64,000 nt of DNA from Chthonomonadales bacterium (GCA_049967475.1 JBMFSQ010000007.1:64001-128000); one strand, 5' to 3'. Shown: positions 49,618 to 59,718, numbered from the stretch's first letter. Numbers and translations are program-made. Notes: generated by a model not told the origin, from the letters alone.

Positions 49618-50688
49618 TTACCGGTTCGGCACCGATGCCACATCGTGCAGATCGTGGGTGCCGTTTCCCTCGATTTCCGGCGCGGTGGCATTGCGCAGGT
49701 GCTTGGCCGCGTCTTCGGGCGCCGTGACATTGATGTAGATGCCGGTCCCCATTTCGAAGCCCGCTGCGATGGTAAGCCGCGGCATGATGGCCATGTGCCA
49801 GTGGAAATCCCTCTCCCGATCCTGATTGATGGGCGCAGTGTGGAGGGTGAAGTTGTAGGGAGGGTTGTTGAGCACGGTGGCGATGCGGCGCAGGGCGTCT
49901 TGGAGGAGCGCTGCAAAGGCATTCACTGTCGGGCGGTCTTCATGGGCGAAGGATGGGGAGTGGTGGCGCGGCAAGATCCAGGTTTCGAAGGGGTACTTTG
50001 CTGCGAAGGGCGTGAAGGCTACGAATGCATCATTGACGGCGACGATGCGGTCACCGGTATTGAGTTCCTGCCTCACCATGTCGCAGTAGATGCACCGCTC
50101 GTGGTGCTCGAGGTATCTTTGCGCCCCCTCGATCTGGAGCATGACATCCTGCGGGATCATGGGGAGGGCAATCATCTGGCTGTGGGGATGTTCCAAGGAG
50201 GCGCCCGCTACTTTGCCGTGGTTGCGGAAGAGCAGAATGTACTTGAAGCGCCGGTCCTTCATGAGATCCAGATGGCGGTCCCGGTAAGCCCAAAGGATCT
50301 CTTGTGCCTGGACTGGAGACACAGTAGCGATGGACTTATCGTGATCGGTGCATTCGATGATGACTTCGTGGGCACCGATGCCGTTCATCATGTCGTACAT
50401 TCCGACGCCTGTGCGATCCAGATCTCCCTCGATGGCGAGGGCGGGAAACTTGTTGGGGACGACGCGAACCCACCAACCTGGGGTATTAGGGGCTGTGTTC
50501 GGGCTTCTGTAGGAGAGGACTTCCGGCGGCGTCATCATTTCGTTGCCGGGGCAGAATGGGCAATTGGGGCTGTAGGTGGGCTTGCCCTCGGTTTCCTCAC
50601 TAAGCTTGAAGTCGGTGGGTCTGCGGCTTCGTTCGGTGGCGATGATGACCCATTCCCGTGTGACCGGATCTTTACGCAGTTGAGGCAT
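49618..50688 (-). CDS. galT: Galactose-1-phosphate uridylyltransferase
   Basis: 'LRKDP', 'CPFCPGNE', 'NKFPAL', 'GASLEHPHSQ' (HPH). Confidence 0.95.
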   Translation of the reverse strand: MPQLRKDPVTREWVIIATERSRRPTDFKLSEETEGKPTYSPNCPFCPGNEMMTPPEVLSYRSPNTAPNTPGWWVRVVPNKFPALAIEGDLDRTGVGMYDMMNGIGAHEVIIECTDHDKSIATVSPVQAQEILWAYRDRHLDLMKDRRFKYILLFRNHGKVAGASLEHPHSQMIALPMIPQDVMLQIEGAQRYLEHHERCIYCDMVRQELNTGDRIVAVNDAFVAFTPFAAKYPFETWILPRHHSPSFAHEDRPTVNAFAALLQDALRRIATVLNNPPYNFTLHTAPINQDRERDFHWHMAIMPRLTIAAGFEMGTGIYINVTAPEDAAKHLRNATAPEIEGNGTHDLHDVASVPNR

Positions 50689-51066
50689 GAAGAGCACTCC
50701 TTATGATTACTTGCATCTTCCTTGGGTCGCCGGCATCCTTACCGAGATGATTCTCGGTATTCTTCCGGGCAAAGAACCCGGTTTGATTACTTGAAACAGG
50801 CGCAGCGGCTCGCTGGGCCGGAGCCCTGCCGAGCCGCACACCCGGGGATACTATACGCACCGGCGACACACTATTGATACCACGAAATAGGCTTGTTTGC
50901 CTCGGGACGCTTCAGCAGAGCGGTTTATCAAACAGCTCGGCTGTTCATGAACGGTTGGGTATACTGGCACAGGCAAGGGTACGAGGGATGCAAACTTCAA
51001 TGGCGCCTAAGGTCTGAAGGCTGCATCCCACGGGGCTTTTGCTCATCAAAGGAACGGAGAACGGTT

Positions 51067-51819
51067 ATGTTCGGTCTGCATCTAAGAGCGGTCTGCGCTG
51101 CCACTGCTTTGTGTGCGTTCGCGGCACTACCGTGCATGGCTTTGGCCCAGGGAGGTTCCGCCGACAGCGATATGCCTCCCCATCCGGCGCCCAACTTTCC
51201 CGGTGTGGTGGTTCTCTTCGGCGGCAAACAAGAGGACGTTGCGGCCCACTGGACGCAGAGGGATCCCAACAAGCCTGCCACCTGGCAGGTGAATGAAGAG
51301 GGGGCCATGGTGACGCGCGATGCGGACATCATGAGCAAGGAGCGGTTTACGGATTTCCAACTCCACGTTGAGTTCAAGGTGCCCTACATGCCTGAGGCAC
51401 ACGGCCAGGCTCGGGGCAACAGCGGGGTGTTTCTGCAGGGACGCTACGAGATCCAAGTGCTGGACTCGTACGGCAAGACGGAACCTGGAAAGGGGGACTG
51501 CGGCGCTGTGTATAATCAGGCTGCCGCGCTTGTGAATGCCTGCAAGCCGCCGCTCAAGTGGCAGAGCTATGACATCGTGTTCCGGGCCCCCCGCGTAGAC
51601 GACACGGGCAAAGTGGTTGAGAAAGCCCGCGTGTCGGTGTTTCTGAACGGCATCGCCATTCAGAACAACACCGAGATCAATGGACCTACCGGCGCTCCTA
51701 TTGACAACGAAGTGGGCAAGCCCGGGCCTATCATTCTGCAATACCACGGCAACAAGGTGGAGTACCGCAACGTGTGGGTGCTTCCGCTGCCCCCCAAGGG
51801 ATCGGACAAATACGAATAG
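51067..51819 (+). CDS. DUF1080 / 3-keto-disaccharide hydrolase family protein (secreted)
   Basis: Signal peptide, 'DFQLHVEF', 'RGNSGVF', 'YEIQVLDS', 'LQYH...YRNVW'. Confidence 0.92.
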   Translation: MFGLHLRAVCAATALCAFAALPCMALAQGGSADSDMPPHPAPNFPGVVVLFGGKQEDVAAHWTQRDPNKPATWQVNEEGAMVTRDADIMSKERFTDFQLHVEFKVPYMPEAHGQARGNSGVFLQGRYEIQVLDSYGKTEPGKGDCGAVYNQAAALVNACKPPLKWQSYDIVFRAPRVDDTGKVVEKARVSVFLNGIAIQNNTEINGPTGAPIDNEVGKPGPIILQYHGNKVEYRNVWVLPLPPKGSDKYE

Positions 51820-52027
51820 GCCGAAAGGCTGAAGGCGCCGCGGGGCGGGAGGGGAAGGCTCCGCGCTTTTCGCTGCGGCGCTCCGTGTATGCAAGAGGAT
51901 AGTCCAATTTCGGTAAAGGTCTAGCATCTAAGATAATAGAAACACGCATCGTAGCGGCCATCGCCGGAATGTTCCGGGGATGGCCGCGGTCCTTTCAGCC
52001 GAGTCGGGGAGAGAGGGGTGGGGTGCG

Positions 52028-52657
52028 ATGAAACGGATGAAGCTGCGCGCTGCATTCACCGTAATCGAGATGTTGGTAGTGGTGGCGGTTCTGGGCATCC
52101 TGCTGGGGCTGGTGGTGCCTGCGGTTGTTGCGGCGCGGGAAAACGGTCGCATTGCGGGTTGCCAGTCCAACCTCAGGCAGCGTGGGCAGGCCATGGCTCT
52201 CTACATGAGCGATTACGACGGCATTTACCCGTTTGGTCTGGATCCATACGAATGGCAGTCTGGCCACGAGGACGGCGGGCATAAGAAGGGCCCCAAGTAT
52301 CGCGACCGTTTTCTTGCTATGGCCGACCTGCGCGACCTTCTGCTTCCCTATGGCGCTTCCCTCGAGCTATGGCGCTGCCCTTCGGATCGGCCCGGTGCTG
52401 GGGAAAGTGTCTCCACGTACGTCGCTGCGGGAACGTCCTACTGGTACGGGTATTGGCTCCCAGCACTGGGGGCAGGAGAAGGTTTCTTTCCTGACCCGGC
52501 GGGCAACATTGTAATGGGGGAATATGGGGCCCACAGAGGCACCAATCTCTTCGACTGGATGAAGAACGAGCTGTTTGCGGATTACCACGTGAAGCTGATG
52601 CCCTATGTAACGGAATGGGAGAGGGATTACGCAGAACGATACGTTCAGGGAAACTGA
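52028..52657 (+). CDS. Prepilin-type N-terminal methylation domain protein (DUF1559/H-X9-DG-like)
   Basis: 'AFTVIEMLVVVAV...ARE..R...CQSNLRQ', 'CPSD', 'H...N.LFADYHVK'. Confidence 0.88.
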   Translation: MKRMKLRAAFTVIEMLVVVAVLGILLGLVVPAVVAARENGRIAGCQSNLRQRGQAMALYMSDYDGIYPFGLDPYEWQSGHEDGGHKKGPKYRDRFLAMADLRDLLLPYGASLELWRCPSDRPGAGESVSTYVAAGTSYWYGYWLPALGAGEGFFPDPAGNIVMGEYGAHRGTNLFDWMKNELFADYHVKLMPYVTEWERDYAERYVQGN

Positions 52658-52894
52658 CATCCTTCTGCGGCGAGGAGACGCCGGGCTTCCTTGGGCGCGG
52701 CCCCGGCGCAGCCGGCCATTCCACCGCAAGGCGCCCTCGGTTCGGGAAGAATTCGGAGCTGTTCGATATTCGAAGGAGGTGTGCCCCATCGGCGTTGATC
52801 CTTCGACCGGCGAAAGGGCACAGTGTTATGCGTGCTGTGACACCTCAGTGTAGCGCAACCATCCATGCAACGGCATCATGACGGGGCGGGGAAA

Positions 52895-53236
52895 ATGCGG
52901 CCTCCGTGGTTCCGGTGGGTTGTTGGGATTGCTGCGGGAGTGGCGCTGGCGGCAGCTCTTACGCTGTACCTCTACCCGCGCCATTACAGCGCGGACGTGC
53001 AGCTCCTGCGCAAGCTGGGATACGACCCGCCGGTCCTGTTTGCAACTCAGGACCTGGAGCGCAAGGCGTGGCGAACGGGACATTTGGCTCCGGATGAGTT
53101 TACCCGCCTGAAGGCGCTCACGCAGGACCCCAACATGTTCATCCGGGCGCGTGCGTTCGCCTCGTTCGTACTACGACCGGGCGATCCGGCGCGAAGTGTT
53201 CCGTCTGCTCGGAGACGAACGGCGGCAGCGCGGTAG
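52895..53236 (+). pseudogene. Probably truncated membrane-anchored HEAT-like protein
   Basis: TM helix, then 'LKALTQDPNMFIRARA' HEAT-like start, then an abrupt non-protein-like tail. Confidence 0.4.
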
Positions 53237-53507
53237 GGCGGTATGTGCGGATGAATTCCGCAAAGATGCGGCGGGGAGTGAACAGGAAGCGAGCCGCACC
53301 AGCGTCGTTCGTGCATCGCTGCCCGAGCTCCTCGTGGCTGCCTGCCTGGCTGAGGGCGACCGGCGGGTGCTGCGGATGTATTACTTGGAAGGGCTCACGG
53401 ATGCCCAGGTGGGGGCTGCGTTGGGCGTCACCCAATGGGCGGCCACCAAGAGGCGGTACCGGGCCCTCCGCCGGCTGCGCATGACGGCCAGGGCGCGCCC
53501 ATTTTGA
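53151..53507 (+). pseudogene. Sigma70/ECF region-4 fragment lacking its N-terminus
   Basis: 'LAEGDRRVLRMYYLEGLTDAQVGAALGVTQWAATKRRYRALRRLR' sigma r4 HTH; no RBS, no full region 2. Confidence 0.6.
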
Positions 53508-53521
53508 GGGCCAAGCCTGCT

Positions 53522-54646
53522 TCAGCGCGTTCCTCTTATGGGCGTTGCATGCATGGACTTGTTGGCTTCTTCAATCTCGCGGAGCTGCCATGCCCGGTCG
53601 CTGGCGGCGGTGACATTCCATTCGTCCTGCGGTGCGTAATCGAACACCCACAGGGCAGCAAGAGGAACGCCTTCCTGCCGGAGGACCTTCAGCATGTCTG
53701 AGAACTTCCGGCGTGCCTCTGGACTGGGCGGTCCCGGTACTCCGAATTCGCCTACGAAGAGGGGTTTGCCCAACTTGCGGGCTAATGCGGCGGCCTCGGG
53801 AATGCGGTTGTAATCTTCGTAGGCATGGACGCAGAGGGTGTTGATGGGGTCGGGATTGTCTTGGGCAAGCATCTGGTCGCGTTGAGCGGCATTGTCGGGC
53901 GTCCATGAGTGCTCATGCATTTGATGCCAAGCTGAGGGGCGCGGGAACGCGTTGCCGCTGACGATGATGCGTCGGGTGTCGTAGCGGCGCACTTCCCGGG
54001 CGAAGGCTGCCAATGCCGATCGAAACACTTCGTGACTGATTTCGTCCTGTTCGGTTCGAGAGGAAGGGGTTCCGTACTGAGGAGCGACGGGCGGGCGGTG
54101 TTGGGCCGCATTGGGGAGATCGGCAGCCAGGTTGTATTCATTGCCGAACTCCCATCCCCAAATTGCCGGTGAACGGAGGTATCGGGTAACCACCTCACGG
54201 ACGTAGGTGCGCATGAACGCCCGCGTCTTGCTTTTGGGATTGCCCCACTGGTTACAGGGTTCTCCAACCAAATCCGGCACGGTGGCAAGGTTCCAAAAGA
54301 GGTCCGGGATGAGGCCCACGTGGTGGCGCTGGGCGGATTGGATCACGCGATCCAGACGCCGGAAGTACTCGGCGCGATCTGTTCGGTACAGCCGCATGTC
54401 CGCGGGCCAAAACCCGCAGCACATGAAGCGTGCGAAGGGGATGCCGTGCGCCTGGAGTTGCCCGAAGCCGGCGTCATAGGTGTGGTCTTCGGCGTCCGTT
54501 AAGGTGCGCATGAAGGCATTGAAGTAGTTGACGCCGATGCCCCGGAAGGGGGTTCCATCCTTCATGAGAACCCCTCGTGCCACCGTAAGCCCGGGTTGCT
54601 GGGCTGGTGAGATGGCCAGAAGCGCGGCGATCAATCCGATCATCAA
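53522..54646 (-). CDS. GH5-like (clan GH-A) secreted glycoside hydrolase
   Basis: 'FRGIGVNY', 'WEFGNE' acid/base, 'HAY', 'PLFVGEFG' nucleophile. Confidence 0.85.
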   Translation of the reverse strand: MMIGLIAALLAISPAQQPGLTVARGVLMKDGTPFRGIGVNYFNAFMRTLTDAEDHTYDAGFGQLQAHGIPFARFMCCGFWPADMRLYRTDRAEYFRRLDRVIQSAQRHHVGLIPDLFWNLATVPDLVGEPCNQWGNPKSKTRAFMRTYVREVVTRYLRSPAIWGWEFGNEYNLAADLPNAAQHRPPVAPQYGTPSSRTEQDEISHEVFRSALAAFAREVRRYDTRRIIVSGNAFPRPSAWHQMHEHSWTPDNAAQRDQMLAQDNPDPINTLCVHAYEDYNRIPEAAALARKLGKPLFVGEFGVPGPPSPEARRKFSDMLKVLRQEGVPLAALWVFDYAPQDEWNVTAASDRAWQLREIEEANKSMHATPIRGTR

Positions 54647-56085
54647 TGCGCCTCCAAGAGTGTGATGCGGCCTAATCGGTATCGGTGCCGGCCGTCGTCG
54701 CCGGCTAGCGGGAGGGCGATTTTTGGGGTGCCGTCGGCTTGTCCCACGGAGAGGTACACGTCGTATTCCCCCGGCTTCGTTGCAGGTCCGAAGAGGCCCA
54801 CGGCGGCTTGAAAGTCGCTCTTGACGGGTTGTGCTTGGCCGGGAGGTGCAGGCCGAAGCCGGCGCATATCGAGACCTTCATCCACCAAGACCGACACGAT
54901 GCCGCCTTCGGCGTCCTTTAGGGTGATGGCCGGGTAGCCTCCCGGGTAGCATGGTGCGACGCCTTCATTCACCCAGATTGTGCTGATGGTGAAGGGCGTC
55001 CCGATGGGGACCTTGGCGGGCCAGCTTACTTCCTGCGGTAGAAGGCGGTATCCCAGCCGGCGATTGATGCGTTCGATGACACCCCGGTTCTGCTCCAACT
55101 CTTCGCGAGGCCACCAATGGATGGAGAGATAGCTGGCGTGGTACTCCTCTACGGCTCTGAGGAGCAAAGAGCCGTCTCCCCAGGCGCCTCTCTGTTTGGA
55201 AGCGCCATAGTGTTCGTGTTCGAGGATTACGGGGTAGCGGGGCCAGAAGGCCTGGGCAAGCTGGGCATGGTACCACGAATGGGGCGGAGGCTGGACCAGG
55301 ATGCTGTCATCGCGGAGGGTTACGCCTTTCGCAAGAGCGTAGTCCGTTTCGGGCAGATGAGCGCCGGGTGTGGTCGGTCCTGCCAGGTCGTCATTGGCGG
55401 CCAAGAGGGTGTGCGGGAAGTGCTTTACGTAGAGGTCAATATGCTTCTCGATGATTGGGCGGGCTCTCTCGGGCGGCACCTGGCTACTCATCAGAGTATG
55501 GCCTTCGCCCCAAAGGCCGTAGGAGCCGATGTCTATGAACGCCACATTCGGGTTGCCGTCGTACCGGGCGGCCATGGCTGCGAGAAAATGATCCAGCTTT
55601 TCGAGGAATATCGGGTCTCCGAAGTCGGGATCCCATGAGGCGCCATTGGCGTCGGGACCTTTGCCGAAGGTGTAGAAGGTGCCTTTGGCGCCGGCGTTTT
55701 TGACCCACTCCGGTGTAGCATAGCGCATCCAGTTCTCCGAACAGGTGATGCGCAAGGCGATCTTCTTGCCTTTGCTGATCCACCGCTGGGCGGGCGTATC
55801 CAGGATTGCCCAATTGAAGCGGCCCTCCTCGGGTTCTACGTACGCCCATGGGATGCGCAGGTATACCGTGGAGAGGCCGGGAAAATCATCCAAAGTGTCC
55901 CACGGGGCCAGCTTGGAGCCGTAGTTTGTTGGGATGTTGGAGTAGAAGTGGAAAGTCCAGCCCATTTGTGGGTTGACGAGGGGCTGGCCGTTGTCGGACA
56001 GATGAACGACGATACGGTCCTGCCGGCCGAGGTCTGCAGGGCACGACGTTGCGAATAGGAGCGCAGCCAGAAGCATCACAGTCAC
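54643..56085 (-). CDS. DUF4832 / GH42-like secreted glycoside hydrolase
   Basis: 'NPQMGW', 'YLRIPWAYVEPEEGRFNW', 'GLWGEGH', 'LGYRL', 'N.GVAP.Y'. Confidence 0.8.
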   Translation of the reverse strand: MTVMLLAALLFATSCPADLGRQDRIVVHLSDNGQPLVNPQMGWTFHFYSNIPTNYGSKLAPWDTLDDFPGLSTVYLRIPWAYVEPEEGRFNWAILDTPAQRWISKGKKIALRITCSENWMRYATPEWVKNAGAKGTFYTFGKGPDANGASWDPDFGDPIFLEKLDHFLAAMAARYDGNPNVAFIDIGSYGLWGEGHTLMSSQVPPERARPIIEKHIDLYVKHFPHTLLAANDDLAGPTTPGAHLPETDYALAKGVTLRDDSILVQPPPHSWYHAQLAQAFWPRYPVILEHEHYGASKQRGAWGDGSLLLRAVEEYHASYLSIHWWPREELEQNRGVIERINRRLGYRLLPQEVSWPAKVPIGTPFTISTIWVNEGVAPCYPGGYPAITLKDAEGGIVSVLVDEGLDMRRLRPAPPGQAQPVKSDFQAAVGLFGPATKPGEYDVYLSVGQADGTPKIALPLAGDDGRHRYRLGRITLLEAH

Positions 56086-56102
56086 TGTTCCTCCAGCGGC
56101 AG

Positions 56103-57158
56103 TCAGTAGCTGCCCAGTTCTTTTGCAAGGTTCACGATGTGCCGAAAGTTCTCGAGGCTCACGCTGCTGGGCACGGAATGGTCCGACGAAAAGATATACC
56201 CTCCATGCTCTTTGAGGATCGGGAGGACACGCCGGATTTCGGCCTCGATGGCGTCGCGATCATCCCAAAGGACGGCATTGATGCCGCCATGGAGCAGAAG
56301 GCGGTGGCCGAAGGACTGCTTCAGTTCCACGGGATCCATACCCGCTTTTACTTCGAGGGGATTGAGGGCATCGAGGCCCATTTCCACCAAGTCGGGTACA
56401 AACGAGCGCACATAGCCGCAGGAATGGAGGTGCGCCTTGATGCCGTGGGCATGAGCCCAATCTATGGCCCGCTGTTGGGCAGGGCGCAGGAGTTCCCGGT
56501 AGGTCTTTAGCGAGAAGAAGGGTTTGTGCTTGTAACCCATATCGTCCCACCAGAAGAGGGCGTCGAAGGTATAACCTGCCTGCCAAACGCGCTCCAGGAG
56601 TGCGAGGCTCACGTCGCAGGCATGATCGAACATCTCCTTGCACCATTCGGGCTGCTCATGGAGCGCCTGAAGGAGATCCGTCATATCTACGAAGGCATGG
56701 GTAGCGTCGAAGCCGAACCATGCATATCCCTGGATCCAAGCTCCCTGGCGGCGCCACTGAGGGTAGTTCGTTTTGAGGTAATCCCACGGGATGCGGTCGT
56801 CTGAAGGGACCATGCGTTCCTTCGCTGCACGCCATGTGTCCGGATCGCGGATGGTGAAGTCCAGATACTGGGGAACAGAAGCACTGTGCCGCCAATTCTT
56901 CATGGTGACGCCCCAGGCATCTTTGTGGATGATGTATTCGTCCGTTTGCTCGAGGATGCCTCCAGGGTATCGCGGGCTGTTGTCTACGCTGATGCCGGCT
57001 ACCCTGTCCAGCCCGAAGTAGTCGCGGAAGTCCACGCCTTCGGGCATCCCCTCGCGGTGCCAACGTTCGATGGTAGATGGCCAGGGATCGTCTATGATGG
57101 GGACGCGGTCCGCTTCTTTATGGGCAAACATACGTGCGAAGCGTTCTCGGCTTGTCAT
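56103..57158 (-). CDS. Uroporphyrinogen decarboxylase / MtaA-CmuA superfamily protein
   Basis: AGGAGG RBS; 'MTSRERF...DRVP', 'DDMG', 'HSCG', 'GGYIFSSDHS'. Confidence 0.88.
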   Translation of the reverse strand: MTSRERFARMFAHKEADRVPIIDDPWPSTIERWHREGMPEGVDFRDYFGLDRVAGISVDNSPRYPGGILEQTDEYIIHKDAWGVTMKNWRHSASVPQYLDFTIRDPDTWRAAKERMVPSDDRIPWDYLKTNYPQWRRQGAWIQGYAWFGFDATHAFVDMTDLLQALHEQPEWCKEMFDHACDVSLALLERVWQAGYTFDALFWWDDMGYKHKPFFSLKTYRELLRPAQQRAIDWAHAHGIKAHLHSCGYVRSFVPDLVEMGLDALNPLEVKAGMDPVELKQSFGHRLLLHGGINAVLWDDRDAIEAEIRRVLPILKEHGGYIFSSDHSVPSSVSLENFRHIVNLAKELGSY

Positions 57159-57195
57159 GGTGTCCTCCTTCGGCCGCATGTGCCTTGCGGGTGTG

Positions 57196-58290
57196 TTACG
57201 GGCTTCCGCCGGATCCCGGCACGTTGATGGGCTCTCCTGCTTTGATCCATTCTTCGTCGAAGATTGCGTGGTTCACGACGGTGCGTTCATGGGAGGTATA
57301 GACCACGTGGATCTTGCCGTCGCGGGCTTGGATGGCGAAGGGGTAGGCGTAATCGAAGGGGCCCGTGGCTATGTTCCTGCGGTAGGACCAGGTGCGTTCG
57401 CCATCTGTGGAAAGGGCCACGGTAAGGGGCGTGCGGTCGTTCATGTTGTCGTTATAGATGAGCACGATGTGTCCGTTCCTCAAGCGGAGGAGATCCACGG
57501 CAGCATTGGGGTTCGGAAAGGAAGTGTCGCGCCCCTCCTCCCATGTATGCCCGCCGTCGTGGGAGGCCGAGCGCACGATGTATCCGTCGGTAACCGGTTC
57601 ATATCCCCCGCCGCGCCGGCAATAGGCTACGAGGGTGTCATGATCAAGCTGGATGACCGCGGGTTGGATGTTCCCTTTTGGGGAGCGGATCTCGCCGCTG
57701 GCCTTCCATTCTTTCATGGGCGCCCGGGGATCCAGGCGCAGAAAGCGCGATGTGCTGTCGGCGCCAACCCAATCAGGATTGTGTCCTGTTTCGTGGTAAA
57801 TGGGCAGTAGGTATTCGCCGGTGTCCAGCACGATGGGGCGTCCCCGCACCATCGTTCCCGGCTCTTCCGTGATGACGAAGCTGTCGGACCAGGTGCGGGC
57901 GCCATCCTGAGACACCTTTGCCTGGATGCGAGAGGAGGACCAGGTGCTGCCCCATCGGACGACGTAGAAGAGCCAAACCGTGCCGTCGGGAGCTTGCCAT
58001 ACAACGCCGTTCCCCACGGACCGGAAGGGATCATGCGCGATGAGGCGTGGAGCAGACCATGACCGGGTGCGCCTATTCCATCGAGCGCCGAATACGCCGG
58101 TGTCCACGGCATATTCGCCGGTGCCGCCGTAGTAAACAAGGTATAGATCGCCGTTGGCCAGCTCGGTGATGGAAGCAGGGTGCTTGTACCGCCCCGTGGG
58201 GGTTTCTGGGCCGAATACGCGCTCGATGCGCAAGGATCCGGCTGGAAGGTACCGCGCATGGGCGGGCGTCATGGCTGTGATGAGCATCAT
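57196..58290 (-). CDS. BNR/Asp-box sialidase-like beta-propeller
   Basis: 'HPASITEL.NGDL', Asp-boxes 'SQDGARTWS', 'SHDGGHTW', 'STDGERTW'; 'YAYP'; GGAGG RBS. Confidence 0.88.
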   Translation of the reverse strand: MMLITAMTPAHARYLPAGSLRIERVFGPETPTGRYKHPASITELANGDLYLVYYGGTGEYAVDTGVFGARWNRRTRSWSAPRLIAHDPFRSVGNGVVWQAPDGTVWLFYVVRWGSTWSSSRIQAKVSQDGARTWSDSFVITEEPGTMVRGRPIVLDTGEYLLPIYHETGHNPDWVGADSTSRFLRLDPRAPMKEWKASGEIRSPKGNIQPAVIQLDHDTLVAYCRRGGGYEPVTDGYIVRSASHDGGHTWEEGRDTSFPNPNAAVDLLRLRNGHIVLIYNDNMNDRTPLTVALSTDGERTWSYRRNIATGPFDYAYPFAIQARDGKIHVVYTSHERTVVNHAIFDEEWIKAGEPINVPGSGGSP

Positions 58291-58428
58291 TAGGGGCATC
58301 CTCCACAACGGTGTCTGTGGGCTCGCATTGCGGGCCAACGGTGATTTACGGATGAGGATGGCCCGTTCCTTCTCGTATGGTAAAAAGGATGGAATATGCA
58401 TCGCGTCCATGAAGCATGAACGAGAGCC

Positions 58429-59655
58429 ATGTCGGGGAAGAAGAAGGCGAATATAACCAGGCGGAATGGCGGGGTGAGCGCGGCTGCGAAGCCCGTGGTC
58501 GTGTTCGGCGATCATGATGAAGACACACTGAAGCAGATTGATCGGAGTGTGCGGCACGATGCCGCTGTTCAGGGTGTGCTTTGCGCCGACGGCCACAAGG
58601 GGTACGCCGTGCCCATCGGTGGGGTGATCGCCTATGAAGGCCATATCAGTCCTTCGGGCGTAGGTTTCGACATCGCATGCGGCAACAAGGCTGTGCTTAC
58701 GGATGCCGACGCTTCCGAGGTTCACGCCAATATCTCCAAGATCATGGACGATGTCTGGAAGACGCTCTCGTTCGGCATCGGCCTCAACAACAACGAACGC
58801 GTGGACCATGAGCTCTTCGACGACCCCGTTTGGAAGATAGAACCCATGCGTTCTCTTAAGGAAATGGCGCGCAAGCAGCTCGGCACGATCGGCAGCGGGA
58901 ACCATTACGTGGACCTGCTGGAGGACGAGGAGGGCCGCATCTGGATCGGGGTTCATTTCGGTTCCCGCGGCTTGGGTTACAAGACGGCGAGCTTCTTCCT
59001 TAAGGCCGGTGGGGCGAAGGATGGGATGGATGTGGAGCCCCTGGTATTGCCCGTGGACAGCCCGCTCGGGCAGGACTATATCGCCTGCATGCAGCTTGCC
59101 GGGCGTTATGCCTATGCCGGGCGGGACTGGGTCTGCCAGCGTGTGGCGAAGATCCTCGGAGCCCGCATCGTGGACGAAGTGCACAATCACCACAATTTTG
59201 CGTGGCGCGAGAAGCATGGCGGCCGGGATCTGTGGGTTGTGCGCAAGGGGGCTACACCGGCGTTCCCCGGCCAAAAGAGCTTCGTAGGCGGCTCCATGGG
59301 CGACATCTCGGTGATCCTGGAGGGGGTGGAGAGTGAGGAGGCCCGCCAGGCGCTGTACTCCACCGTCCATGGAGCAGGGCGGGTAATGAGCCGCACCGAG
59401 GCGCGGGGAAAGGTAGATCGTCGGAGCGGCCGCGTCGTCCATCCGGGCCGCATCAGTCGTGAGATGATGCTGCAATGGGTCCGGGAGAAGGGTGTGGAGC
59501 TTCGAGGAGCAGGAACCGATGAGTCGCCTCATTGCTACAAACGCCTCCCGGACGTGCTTCGGGCGCACGCCGGAACGGTTCGCATCCTTCACACCCTTCG
59601 GCCCATCGGCGTCGCCATGGCCGGAGAGGATGTGTTCGACCCGTATAAGGATTGA
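58429..59655 (+). CDS. rtcB: RtcB RNA ligase (3'-phosphate/5'-OH)
   Basis: 'D.H.GYAVPIG', 'VGFDIACG', 'GTIGSGNHY', 'HHN', 'RKGAT', 'GSMG', 'HGAGR', 'DESP..YK'. Confidence 0.95.
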   Translation: MSGKKKANITRRNGGVSAAAKPVVVFGDHDEDTLKQIDRSVRHDAAVQGVLCADGHKGYAVPIGGVIAYEGHISPSGVGFDIACGNKAVLTDADASEVHANISKIMDDVWKTLSFGIGLNNNERVDHELFDDPVWKIEPMRSLKEMARKQLGTIGSGNHYVDLLEDEEGRIWIGVHFGSRGLGYKTASFFLKAGGAKDGMDVEPLVLPVDSPLGQDYIACMQLAGRYAYAGRDWVCQRVAKILGARIVDEVHNHHNFAWREKHGGRDLWVVRKGATPAFPGQKSFVGGSMGDISVILEGVESEEARQALYSTVHGAGRVMSRTEARGKVDRRSGRVVHPGRISREMMLQWVREKGVELRGAGTDESPHCYKRLPDVLRAHAGTVRILHTLRPIGVAMAGEDVFDPYKD

Positions 59656-59718
59656 CCCTGCGCTGCGGCACGCTTCTGGTGCAATGCAAAACCGCGGGGC
59701 CTAGAAAGGAGGCGGGTG

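Noticed and set aside
52816..52860. c-di-GMP-II riboswitch (GGGCAC ... GTAGCGCAACC resemblance)
   Set aside because: Spacing and the 5' kink-turn/P1 elements do not fit; kept only as an unnamed structure pending an Rfam scan.
57196..59592. 798-aa minus-strand ORF apparently fusing a long N-terminus to the sialidase
   Set aside because: The N-terminal ~430 codons are the antisense shadow of rtcB; the real start with RBS is near 58290.
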